A DNA stretch of 45,689 bases from the IMG/VR virus record IMGVR_UViG_2711768009_000006; one strand, written 5' to 3'. Below are positions 19,538 to 27,710 of the stretch, piece after piece. The DNA is from a virus (Duplodnaviria > Heunggongvirae > Uroviricota > Caudoviricetes). Under the pieces are notes generated by a model, which was given only the letters and a program-made list of their open reading frames with translations, did no database searches and had not been told where the DNA came from. Every line of letters begins with the position of its first letter. Position 1 is the stretch's first letter. A program made the position numbers and the translations under genes.

Positions 19538-19564
19538 TTATTGTTTATTGTTTATAATAACAAC

Positions 19565-19786
19565 ATGAAACCAGAAGAACTTATTCGCCATTTTGGCAGT
19601 GTAGAAAAAGCAGCGGCAGGGGTAGGTGTAACACCCGGAGCTGTTTACCAATGGTTAACCGCTGGAGAGATTCCTTCATTGCGGCAAAGCGATATTGAAG
19701 TTCGTACTGCTTATAAGCTGAAGAGTGACTTTACAACTCGGCGGGTAAAGCAGTCGATTAAGGAGAGTCGTAAGCGTGGAGCTTGA
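19565..19786 (+). CDS. cro: Cro-like transcriptional regulator
   Basis: 73-aa HTH protein (GVGVTPGAVYQWLTAGEIP) divergent from cB. A TATAAT 6 bp upstream with no SD suggests a leaderless or short-leader mRNA; the track's upstream TTG start at 19541 is an alternative. Confidence 0.7.
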   Translation: MKPEELIRHFGSVEKAAAGVGVTPGAVYQWLTAGEIPSLRQSDIEVRTAYKLKSDFTTRRVKQSIKESRKRGA

Positions 19787-20486
19787 GTATATACGCAGCT
19801 GCGTCTCTACGGCATTGGCTGATGTTCATTATCGCCAGCGTGGCATTCTGGAGGTCCAGCTTGAGCAGATGCGTCTCGGTAGATCAGGACGGTTTAACAA
19901 TAAACCAGTCCGGTCAATCAGTGTGGGGGATGATAACTCATACGAAGTGTCCGTTCCTGCTGAGCCGGTTAGATTCCATCAGGGGAAAACATTTAAACAA
20001 TCATCAATGTTGCTCACTGATATTGATTTTCAGAGCGCCAGCTGGCGCAGGGCTATTGGTCAGTTGAATAACGAGGAATCAGCCTGGCTTTATTATTGCT
20101 ACGGATGCAAGCCTGATTACAACAATGATGTGATTGTTTGTCAGTGGTTATGGCTTGATTTTCTGGTTGCTCATTCGGGGGGCGGCTTTAAAAAAATGAA
20201 GGCCTCCACGAAAAAAGCCATGCGGAAATTGATTTATTACGCGGCACAACAGGTTAAATCAGAACTTACGTGTGCTGAGGCAGTTGATGAGAGAGAACAG
20301 GACAGGCATCTGAGTTTTCTACTGAATATATCTATTGATAGCTGGAGACAAGATTATAAAGAACGCTGGCTTTTAATTAAGTCGCGATGTCTGAGCTTAA
20401 ATCGAACCGCATTATTAAATGCGGCGGAGAAGCGCAGTGAAATCATCAAACGCCATCGGGCAGGAAGTGCCATTCTGCCTTTGTAA
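19776..20486 (+). CDS. Putative late-gene regulator (Q-like antiterminator, assigned by synteny only)
   Basis: 236-aa ORF with GTG start overlapping the cro stop; the cB-cro-Q order is known for N15; I recognise no diagnostic motif. Confidence 0.35.
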   Translation: MELEYIRSCVSTALADVHYRQRGILEVQLEQMRLGRSGRFNNKPVRSISVGDDNSYEVSVPAEPVRFHQGKTFKQSSMLLTDIDFQSASWRRAIGQLNNEESAWLYYCYGCKPDYNNDVIVCQWLWLDFLVAHSGGGFKKMKASTKKAMRKLIYYAAQQVKSELTCAEAVDEREQDRHLSFLLNISIDSWRQDYKERWLLIKSRCLSLNRTALLNAAEKRSEIIKRHRAGSAILPL

Positions 20487-20493
20487 ACAAGTT

Positions 20494-20739
20494 ATGTTCA
20501 GGAAACCGTCGAAGCCAGAATTAAGGTATTCGGGGGTAAGAAATGAATATGTTATTTGGTGTCCAACTTGTGGTTACAGGACACGACCAGATAGTAATAA
20601 GCAGTCTGTAATTGCCGATTGGTATTTATCAAATCAGCCAGGTAATAAGCATATAGAAAATCTTTGGATTAAGCGTTACTTGGAAATCAGAGAGGGTGCG
20701 ACCGTGGTCGCACAAGAAAATGAAAATAACGCCATTTAA
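20494..20739 (+). CDS. Small Zn-ribbon-like protein (81 aa)
   Basis: Internal ATG of the track ORF; C-x2-C motif (CPTCG) with upstream CLC; contains a centromere-like palindrome in its coding sequence. Confidence 0.4.
   Translation: MFRKPSKPELRYSGVRNEYVIWCPTCGYRTRPDSNKQSVIADWYLSNQPGNKHIENLWIKRYLEIREGATVVAQENENNAI
20697..20712. promoter_or_regulatory. SopB-type centromere-like palindrome TGCGACCGTGGTCGCA
   Basis: Same 7-bp arms as the other sites; encodes GATVVAQ. Confidence 0.55.
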
Positions 20740-20923
20740 GCAGGGGCCGATGACGCATGATGAAGCAGAGCGTCTTTCAGATACTTATCGGCGGCGTGGT
20801 AAGAAAGTTCTGGTTGTTCGTTCTGATTTTTTAGGTGATGGATATTGCGTTTATGTTCATTTACCTGAATCAGAAAGAACGCCAAAACCATCCAGAACAT
20901 ATCAACAGAAAATTTGGGTATAG
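20720..20923 (+). CDS. Hypothetical protein (67 aa)
   Basis: ORF MKITPFKQGPMTHDEAERL...; overlaps the preceding gene. Confidence 0.3.
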   Translation: MKITPFKQGPMTHDEAERLSDTYRRRGKKVLVVRSDFLGDGYCVYVHLPESERTPKPSRTYQQKIWV

Positions 20924-20988
20924 ATAAACGTTGAGGAGAATTATTCGTGACTAATCAGATTATTTACGACAGGAAACGGTCTGATGTA

Positions 20989-21546
20989 ATGATTGATCTT
21001 GAAACAATGGGTACTAACACATGTGCTCCAATTGTTTCTATCGGGGCAGTGTTTTTTTCTCCAGAAAGTGAGGAATTAGGTCCTACTTTTTATGTGCCAG
21101 TGAATCTCAGAAGCTCGATGTTGAATGGTGGTATCGCCGATGGTGATACCATTTTATGGTGGTTGAAACAGAGCAAGGAAGCCAGAGCCGCTATTTGTAC
21201 TAATGATGCCCTTGATATTAAGGATGCACTTTTTGAATTATCACACTTTATTACTTGCCATGCATGTAATTTAAAAAAGTTGAAAGTATGGGGAAATGGA
21301 GCAACGTTCGATAATGTAATTTTACGCGGTGCTTATGAGCGCGTTGGCTTAGCCTGTCCGTGGGAATATTTTAATGATCAGGATGTTCGAACAATCGTTA
21401 ATCTTGGTCAGTTTATTGGTTTTAATCCTAAAAAAGATATGCCATTTGATGGCGAACGACACAATGCCCTGGCTGATGCTATTCATCAGGCTAAATATGT
21501 ATCCGCAATTTTCTCCCGTCTTGTAAAAGGGCAAGGAGAATCGTAA
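20989..21546 (+). CDS. DnaQ-like 3'-5' exonuclease (DEDDh family)
   Basis: MIDLETMG (Exo I D-x-E), WGNGATFDNVILR (Exo II) and HNALADAIHQA (Exo III H-x4-D) motifs; ATG at 20989 has SD AGGAAACGG; the track's GTG at 20947 is an alternative start. Confidence 0.7.
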   Translation: MIDLETMGTNTCAPIVSIGAVFFSPESEELGPTFYVPVNLRSSMLNGGIADGDTILWWLKQSKEARAAICTNDALDIKDALFELSHFITCHACNLKKLKVWGNGATFDNVILRGAYERVGLACPWEYFNDQDVRTIVNLGQFIGFNPKKDMPFDGERHNALADAIHQAKYVSAIFSRLVKGQGES

Positions 21547-21965
21547 TGGCAAAGGCTTTTACACCAGAACAGAGGGAAGAACTGAATAAACAAATTGTGG
21601 AACTCGTGCGCCTGAATGGACGAGGAACGGTTAGGCAACTTGCGGATGAAACTGGTATTAGCCGGTGTGCTGTTAGTCGTTTATCAAGAGAGCTTGCTGC
21701 CAGTGGTGATTTGTATATCTCTGGCTCCGGGATATTTCTGTCTGCACAAGCACGCAAGGACTGGCAAAACGCCCGTAAAAAACTATCAAGAGTAAAGCCG
21801 AAGAAATCGGTAGTTGTTGATCCTGACCTTATCTGGTCATTACCTGATGGAGAAATACGTCGTTATGACAGGCGCTTGAACATGATTTGTCACGATTGTC
21901 GGAAGAGCGAAGTTATGCAGCGTGTGTTGGCGTTTTATCAGGGAAATTTTCAGGAGGTGGCGTAG
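21546..21965 (+). CDS. Putative HTH DNA-binding protein (139 aa)
   Basis: ORF with HTH-like segment TVRQLADETGISRCAVSRLSREL. Confidence 0.5.
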   Translation: MAKAFTPEQREELNKQIVELVRLNGRGTVRQLADETGISRCAVSRLSRELAASGDLYISGSGIFLSAQARKDWQNARKKLSRVKPKKSVVVDPDLIWSLPDGEIRRYDRRLNMICHDCRKSEVMQRVLAFYQGNFQEVA

Positions 21966-22255
21966 TGAATATCGACACCACGATAACGATCGATACGGCC
22001 CTAAATACCGGTCTGGCACTTCTCGGTTGGTTTTACATCATGTTCAGTGCGGGGAAGTGGGCGGCCTCTGTTTTTCTAAAGCAGTGGGGAAAGCGCCGCA
22101 AACAGGAAAAACGCCAGAAAGCGTTGGAGGCGTTCTATGACGCATTTGAACTTAGCCGCATTGAGCCAGGCACAACAGCCAAGATAGCGACAAAAGGCGA
22201 CCTGATGATAGTGATGTTCCGACAGGAGAGAGCAGAGAAAGGTGAATCAGCATGA
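21965..22255 (+). CDS. Hypothetical membrane protein (96 aa)
   Basis: GTG start preceded by SD AGGAGG; hydrophobic helix LALLGWFYIMFSAGKWAASVFL; overlaps neighbours in operon fashion. Confidence 0.4.
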   Translation: MNIDTTITIDTALNTGLALLGWFYIMFSAGKWAASVFLKQWGKRRKQEKRQKALEAFYDAFELSRIEPGTTAKIATKGDLMIVMFRQERAEKGESA

Positions 22256-22926
22256 AATTTTCTAAATTTTCTGAGTTGGTGAATCGTATTTTGTTGAATC
22301 GTATTTTGTCCAACAACCACAGCGATCGTCGCGATATGGATGTAACGATCGTTGTTCATTCGCCTGGCAGCATTGGTTCAACACCTTCAGTTGAGGTTCA
22401 GTCAATTCACGCTGGTTTTGATTGGGATTCCGGGAAAGTGCTGATTTTCCCAGCACAGCCACTGACCACGCTAACACCAGAACAGATTACTGATATCACG
22501 GATAGTGTGCGCAAAGGTCAGTCTTGGCACGCATATCAGGAATACAAGAAGCATAAAGAGCAGTTGGAAAAATTGTCGATTGAGTTGGAATCAGCCAAAA
22601 ATCACATAGCAGAACTGGAAGCCAAACCTGTAAGCCAAACTTACAAGTTAACTTTTGAGCAATGGCTGGAACAGCAGCATGACAAAATTGATGTTGATTG
22701 TGGATGTGTAAGTACAGAAATGCTTATGCACTGGATAAGGGTCGCGTATGAGGCTGGCAACTCTCCGGTAACTCCGGATGGTCATATTCAGTTTTCTGTT
22801 TCACTTCCTGCAGCATGTGGTGGAGATAAATATTTTATTGATGGTGTATTTCAACCTTTGAGATATGAGCGTGACTGTGAAAAAGCGGTTGTGGCCGCTG
22901 GCGGTGTAGTTAATTGGGTTAAGTAA
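22252..22926 (+). CDS. Hypothetical protein (224 aa)
   Basis: ORF with SD AAGGTG; no recognised motif. Confidence 0.5.
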   Translation: MKFSKFSELVNRILLNRILSNNHSDRRDMDVTIVVHSPGSIGSTPSVEVQSIHAGFDWDSGKVLIFPAQPLTTLTPEQITDITDSVRKGQSWHAYQEYKKHKEQLEKLSIELESAKNHIAELEAKPVSQTYKLTFEQWLEQQHDKIDVDCGCVSTEMLMHWIRVAYEAGNSPVTPDGHIQFSVSLPAACGGDKYFIDGVFQPLRYERDCEKAVVAAGGVVNWVK

Positions 22927-22941
22927 TTTTCAGGAGGATTT

Positions 22942-23268
22942 ATGGCGCTGACAGCTGCAGAACGGCAAAGGAGACGCAGGGAACGGTTGAAGAAGGAAGG
23001 CACATCAAGACGGGACTGGATTCTGGAACCTGACGAGCTACGTATGTTGGGGGAAATTTGTGTATTGCGTAGACCGGGACGAGTTCCATATTCAGAGAAT
23101 GAAGTCATCGGTCTGCTGATCAGGAAAAACTATAAGGAGCTGCAGAAGCAGCTATCTACTACTTGCCCGCGATGTGGTCAGAAAATGCCTGTTTCAGAAT
23201 GTATTTTTGATGGTGAAGGCTCATGTCACCTTACAACTACGAGGCTGAAACTTGTGCTCAAAGTGTGA
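22942..23268 (+). CDS. Hypothetical protein with C-terminal Cys cluster (108 aa)
   Basis: ORF with SD AGGAGG; CPRCG ... C ... C pattern. Confidence 0.45.
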   Translation: MALTAAERQRRRRERLKKEGTSRRDWILEPDELRMLGEICVLRRPGRVPYSENEVIGLLIRKNYKELQKQLSTTCPRCGQKMPVSECIFDGEGSCHLTTTRLKLVLKV

Positions 23269-23469
23269 CTGGTCACGGAATGATAAATAAACAAAAAGGC
23301 ATAGTTTTTGAAATGATGAGAAAACGAAGCGAAAAGAGTTTTTCTTATGGTGATGATGGGCTTCTGTAGGTGGTTGAGTGAGGCGTAGGAAGAGAACATA
23401 AGTATCGGACTACAAAGCTATTAACCCTGTTAATCCATTGAAAGTTGGCTATAAAATTTGAGTTTTACC

Positions 23470-23485
23470 CTGTAATTTTATACAG
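23470..23485. promoter_or_regulatory. Putative LexA (SOS) box
   Basis: CTGT-aattttat-ACAG fits CTGT-N8-ACAG with an AT-rich spacer, 24 nt upstream of the 23510 ATG; a partial CB-operator-like sequence TGGCTATAAAATTT lies at about 23446-23459. Confidence 0.6.
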
Positions 23486-23509
23486 TATCAAATAACCTTT
23501 TTTAATTAA

Positions 23510-23728
23510 ATGGTATTAGATTCAATGACTGAAGCATCTGTATCAACTCTTGAAGAACTCGGATCAAACCTAAAAGACATCGACGCCGTTTTGGATCTGG
23601 TTAGCGTTGCTCTGGCTTCTCCCGAAGCTAGCTTGCATCTTGGCGAGATTTCACGGCTTGTTAGTATGTCGCGGGAGATTGCTCAGAATTGCCAACAAGC
23701 GATTGCTGTGGAGTGTTTACATCATTGA
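23510..23728 (+). CDS. Small acidic protein, candidate SOS-inducible antirepressor
   Basis: 72-aa ORF directly downstream of the LexA box and operator-like half-site; no SD; function inferred from context only. Confidence 0.4.
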   Translation: MVLDSMTEASVSTLEELGSNLKDIDAVLDLVSVALASPEASLHLGEISRLVSMSREIAQNCQQAIAVECLHH

Positions 23729-23771
23729 TACACACCCCGCCCTTCTGGACGGGGTAGTGAAAAGTGATTAA

Positions 23772-24059
23772 TCAATAGACGGCATTAATATTAATTGTTG
23801 CGCCACATGCTTGGGCATATTTTGATAAAGTTTTCATGCTTGCCCCTAAAGGATTGCTTTCCAGGCGGCTGATGGCGGACGGGCGCAATCCCATTCGTTC
23901 TGCCAGAGCTGACTTCGTTAAACCTGCTCTTTCCCTCATTTCGTATAACATTTCGACCATCTCCAGTTCTTTATCGGCCTCTTCATATCCTTTGATAGCT
24001 TCTGGAGTGTTGAGTAGTTTTTCCTTTACTTCGTTAAACGGGATGCCTTTTGCTTTCAT
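23772..24059 (-). CDS. HTH (XRE-family) antitoxin, HigA-like
   Basis: 95-aa HTH protein (LTKSALAERMGLRPSAISRLE); start overlaps the toxin stop (ATGA); sits downstream of the toxin as in higBA. Confidence 0.75.
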   Translation of the reverse strand: MKAKGIPFNEVKEKLLNTPEAIKGYEEADKELEMVEMLYEMRERAGLTKSALAERMGLRPSAISRLESNPLGASMKTLSKYAQACGATININAVY

Positions 24060-24370
24060 CAGTTCATCTCCTTCAGGCGAGTTCTGGCGATTTCTATAGC
24101 CTTTACTGGTGTTTTCTGTGTCTTTTTTACAAATGCATGCAATAGATAAATTTCGTTACCAGTCGCGTAGGCGTATAGCGTTCTTGCGATGTTTTTATCC
24201 CCTACTCTTAGTTCAAAGAGTCCTCCGCCTATTACACGGCTATGGGGCATCTTAAGTTTGTTTCCCTCTTTCTCCAGTCGTTCAATTAGCCTGGTCATGC
24301 GACCTCGCAGATCGTCTGGTAGTTCAAGCAGTTCATCCAGTGCTGCAGGGTGGGTTATCACGTTAAACAT
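24059..24370 (-). CDS. RelE/ParE-superfamily toxin (HigB/Gp49-like)
   Basis: 103-aa ORF from the ATG with perfect SD GGAGG (MFNVITHPAALDEL...); size, basic character and pairing with an HTH partner. Confidence 0.75.
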   Translation of the reverse strand: MFNVITHPAALDELLELPDDLRGRMTRLIERLEKEGNKLKMPHSRVIGGGLFELRVGDKNIARTLYAYATGNEIYLLHAFVKKTQKTPVKAIEIARTRLKEMN

Positions 24371-24533
24371 ATTATAGCCTCCTAACGCGCAAAATACACC
24401 AAAACGAGAAAACAAAGCAAATATAAAATTTCACCAAAAAGTGAAAATAACACTGGATGTGTTCTTTTGGCAGAGTTACAGTTCGTGTTGTTGAGGGGGA
24501 TAACCCACTAACTATATGAATTTCGAGGATATT

Positions 24534-24755
24534 ATGAATTATCAAGGTAACGAAAAAATGCGCGGCGACGTTGCGGAGATAGCTAACGAATTGTATGAGT
24601 TGTGGCAGAAGGTTGAACGTTTCGAAAAGGAATATGGTTTCAACAGTACCAACCTGACAGACCGACTGGCTGGCCGCTTAATTGGGACTATGGGGCCAAA
24701 ACTGGCTGAGTTGAACCGCTTTATGGCTGATGTTGATTTCCAGTTTCAAGATTGA
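24534..24755 (+). CDS. Hypothetical protein (73 aa)
   Basis: ORF with SD GAGGA 5 nt upstream of the ATG at 24534. Confidence 0.4.
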   Translation: MNYQGNEKMRGDVAEIANELYELWQKVERFEKEYGFNSTNLTDRLAGRLIGTMGPKLAELNRFMADVDFQFQD

Positions 24756-24768
24756 TTAGAGAGGCGTT

Positions 24769-24996
24769 ATGAATATTAATGAAATTCGTGGAAATATGAC
24801 CGAAGCGGCCCTGAGTGTGGAATGTGTTATGCGTGGATATCCACGCATTTCCTTGAAAGAGTTAAGCGAAGCCTGTTTTTTGAGTCAGGCTGCCGTTGAA
24901 TTTATCATCGAACAGATGATCTGTTTTGGGGTTGCAAAGCGTAGCGGGTCTGGTCGATATTCTTTGACCGATGAATATAAGCAGGCAACTTTCTAA
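24769..24996 (+). CDS. Hypothetical protein (75 aa)
   Basis: ORF with SD GAGAGG. Confidence 0.45.
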   Translation: MNINEIRGNMTEAALSVECVMRGYPRISLKELSEACFLSQAAVEFIIEQMICFGVAKRSGSGRYSLTDEYKQATF

Positions 24997-25002
24997 AAAC
25001 TG

Positions 25003-25018
25003 TGCGACCACGGTCGCA
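25003..25018. promoter_or_regulatory. SopB-type centromere-like palindrome TGCGACCACGGTCGCA (intergenic)
   Basis: Extended 20-bp palindrome TGTGCGACCACGGTCGCACA immediately after a stop codon. Confidence 0.6.
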
Positions 25019-25103
25019 CAGCACAAAAACGAAAAAGCTTGGCAAAATGACGGTTTTTAGTTATTGTTTTGTTAAGTTGGGTTTTTTGTACCCAATAGCC
25101 AAC

Positions 25104-25128
25104 AAGCCGCCTTTATGGCGGTTTTTTT
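25104..25128 (+). terminator. Terminator-like hairpin in the structured region upstream of the methyltransferase
   Basis: AACAAGCCGCC-tttat-GGCGGTTT followed by more T; flanked by further hairpins at about 25077-25095 and 25146-25171. Confidence 0.45.
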
Positions 25129-25263
25129 GTGCCTGAAAAGTGGGCGCAGGACAAGTTGCAGCTTGTCCTGCGGTCAACCCATGCCAGAGCTATAGGCTGA
25201 ACCTAAAGCCCACCCGCGATGCGCATCGCTGGGTTAGCTTACCCAGGCAAAAAAATAATAGCT

Positions 25264-26340
25264 ATGTTCAAAACCACTAATATTCATGGCGCACAACTCG
25301 TTTGCGCAGATTCTCTGCAATTTATCAAAACCATCCCTGATAACTCGGTCAATTTGATTGCAACAGACCCACCATACTTCGGCGTAAAGGCTAACGCATG
25401 GGATAACCAGTGGGATAGCGATGCTGACTTTTTGGGGTGGATTGACGAATTTTTGGCAGAATTTTGGCGGATATTGGCCCCTAATGGCAGCCTGTATATG
25501 TTTACCGGCTCTCGCCTTGCGTCAAAAATTGAATTATTAACTCGCGACCGTTTCAATGTTCTGAACCATATCATTTGGGCTAAACCCAGTGGTATGTGGC
25601 GCGGTTGTCATAAAGAAAGTTTAAGGGCTTATTTTCCTGCTACTGAAAGAATATTATTTGCAGAGCATTACGGCGCGTCAGGTTATGCTAAAGGTCAGTC
25701 AGGTTATGCTTCAAAATGTGCAGATTTAAGAAAAAATATTTTTTCTCCACTAATTGATGCTTTTTCGCTGGCTCGCCGTCAGTTAGATATATCAGCCGCA
25801 GACATTAATTCAGCGACAGGAAAGCAGATGTGTTCACACTGGTTTTCTTATTCGCAGTGGCGGCTTCCATCATTAATTGATTTTAATAAACTATGCGAAT
25901 TATTTCGCAGGAAGGCAGATTCACTCGGTGTCCCGTGTCCATATCCTTTTAATGTTGATTATTCAGAACATGAAAAGCGTTATAGCGATCTGAAATTGCA
26001 TTATGAGGAAGTAAAGAAGCAGTATGATGATTTGAAGGCTCAGTATGAAAGTTTACGCCGTCCATTTCATGTTACTGCTGATGTACCTTATACCGATGTA
26101 TGGGAGTTTCCTCCTGTGCAATATTATCCTGGCAAGCACCCATGTGAAAAACCTGCAGCGATGATGGAACATATTATAAAGAGTAGTTCACGCCCCGGAG
26201 ATATCGTTGCCGATTTCTTTATGGGATCAGGCTCAACTATTAAAGCTGCGCTGAAGTTAGGACGTCAGGCAATAGGTATTGAGATTGAGGGCGAGCGTTA
26301 TCTTCAGACAGTTGATGAAGTGAAAAAGTTATTTGAGTAA
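25264..26340 (+). CDS. DNA methyltransferase (amino-MTase, N6-adenine or N4-cytosine), apparently orphan
   Basis: DPPY motif (IATDPPYFG) near the N-terminus and AdoMet motif FFMGSGST near the C-terminus; no adjacent restriction endonuclease; alternative start at 25219. Confidence 0.85.
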   Translation: MFKTTNIHGAQLVCADSLQFIKTIPDNSVNLIATDPPYFGVKANAWDNQWDSDADFLGWIDEFLAEFWRILAPNGSLYMFTGSRLASKIELLTRDRFNVLNHIIWAKPSGMWRGCHKESLRAYFPATERILFAEHYGASGYAKGQSGYASKCADLRKNIFSPLIDAFSLARRQLDISAADINSATGKQMCSHWFSYSQWRLPSLIDFNKLCELFRRKADSLGVPCPYPFNVDYSEHEKRYSDLKLHYEEVKKQYDDLKAQYESLRRPFHVTADVPYTDVWEFPPVQYYPGKHPCEKPAAMMEHIIKSSSRPGDIVADFFMGSGSTIKAALKLGRQAIGIEIEGERYLQTVDEVKKLFE

Positions 26341-26435
26341 CTGGAGAATATATTCCCCTGCCGTTTTTGGTAGGGGTTATTTTCACCATATAGTTTCCAA
26401 GCCGAAACCTCAGCAACTATTGCGAGGTAAGAGAT

Positions 26436-26708
26436 ATGAAGATGGATGAACGATACAGCAGTGCATCTTATGGTAGCGCTGGTCTTGCTGCGTTCTTTGC
26501 CAGCCTGTCATTGCAGGATTGGGGCTTCATTATCGGTGTCGCGTTCAGCATTATCCTCGGTGTGCTTACATACCGGCTCAATAAACGCGAGCAGATGAAG
26601 CGCACGAAGATATTGCAGGACATATTGGATAAAACTAATACCAATAATCTTTCTGCTACAGCGATGGTTATTGGAGAGCTGGGGAAGAGAGCACCGAAGG
26701 AAATATGA
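26436..26708 (+). CDS. Pinholin (P21 S21-like), possible dual-start MKM
   Basis: 90-aa protein with two hydrophobic segments ([33 protein letters not shown]) resembling recalled P21 pinholin; immediately precedes a SAR endolysin. Confidence 0.75.
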   Translation: MKMDERYSSASYGSAGLAAFFASLSLQDWGFIIGVAFSIILGVLTYRLNKREQMKRTKILQDILDKTNTNNLSATAMVIGELGKRAPKEI

Positions 26709-27205
26709 TGCAGTCATCATTACGCAAAGCTGTCACAGCTGCTATTGGTGGCGGGGCTATTGCCATAGCGTCTATGCTCATCACTGGCCCAAGTGGTAAC
26801 GATGGTCTGGAAGGTGTCAGTTACATACCATACAAAGATATTGTTGGCGTATGGACTGTATGTTACGGGCACACTGGAAAAGACATCATGCTCGGTAAAA
26901 CGTATACCGAAGCAGAATGCAAAGCTCTCCTGAATAAAGACCTTGCCACTGTTGCCAGACAAATTAATCCGTACATCAAAGTCGATATACCGGAAACAAC
27001 GCGCGGCGCTCTTTACTCGTTCGTTTACAACGTGGGCGCTGGTAATTTCAGAACATCGACGCTTCTTCGCAAAATAAACCAGGGCGATATCAAAGGCGCA
27101 TGTGATCAGCTACGTCGCTGGATATATGCTGGCGGTAAGCAATGGAAAGGCCTGATGACTCGTCGTGAGATTGAGCGTGAAGTCTGTTTGTGGGGTCAAC
27201 AATGA
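26705..27205 (+). CDS. SAR endolysin (T4-lysozyme-like muramidase, P21 R21-like)
   Basis: N-terminal signal-anchor-release segment [23 protein letters not shown]; catalytic E-x8-D-x5-T in [16 protein letters not shown]; start overlaps the holin stop. Confidence 0.88.
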   Translation: MMQSSLRKAVTAAIGGGAIAIASMLITGPSGNDGLEGVSYIPYKDIVGVWTVCYGHTGKDIMLGKTYTEAECKALLNKDLATVARQINPYIKVDIPETTRGALYSFVYNVGAGNFRTSTLLRKINQGDIKGACDQLRRWIYAGGKQWKGLMTRREIEREVCLWGQQ

Positions 27206-27669
27206 GCAGGGTAACCGCGATTATCTCCGCTCTGGTTATCGGCATCATCGTCTGCTTGTCGTGGGCTGTTAATCATTACCGTGATAACGCCATCGCCTAC
27301 AAAGAGCAGCGCGACAAAAACGCCAGAGAGCTGAAGCAGGCGACCGCCACCATTACTGACATGCAGCAGCGCCAGCGTGCTGCTGATGCACTCGATGCTA
27401 AATACACGAAGGAGTTAGCCAATGCGAAAGCTGAAAATGATGCTCTTCGGCGTAAGCTTGATAATGGTGGTCGGGTGCTCGTCAAAGGAAAATGCCCTGT
27501 GCCAGCCTCAGCCAAAACCTCCAGCGCCTCCGGCATGGGCAATGATGCCACCGTCGAACTCTCTTCAGTTGCTGGACGAAACGTTCTCGGTATCCGGGAC
27601 GGAATTATCCGCGACCAAACAGCACTGAGAACGCTTCAGGAATACATCAATACGCAATGCCTGAATTAA
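27202..27669 (+). CDS. Rz: i-spanin Rz
   Basis: [45 protein letters not shown]... matches recalled lambda Rz in the N-terminal half; TM anchor plus coiled coil. Confidence 0.85.
   Translation: MSRVTAIISALVIGIIVCLSWAVNHYRDNAIAYKEQRDKNARELKQATATITDMQQRQRAADALDAKYTKELANAKAENDALRRKLDNGGRVLVKGKCPVPASAKTSSASGMGNDATVELSSVAGRNVLGIRDGIIRDQTALRTLQEYINTQCLN
27422..27628 (+). CDS. Rz1: o-spanin Rz1 (lipoprotein embedded in the +1 frame of Rz)
   Basis: [21 protein letters not shown] with lipobox VVGC and a Pro-rich mature part ([11 protein letters not shown]); fully nested inside Rz. Confidence 0.75.
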   Translation: MRKLKMMLFGVSLIMVVGCSSKENALCQPQPKPPAPPAWAMMPPSNSLQLLDETFSVSGTELSATKQH

Positions 27670-27710
27670 TCCCTCTGTATCAAAAACGAACTCAATTTGT
27701 TGGATAGTGA

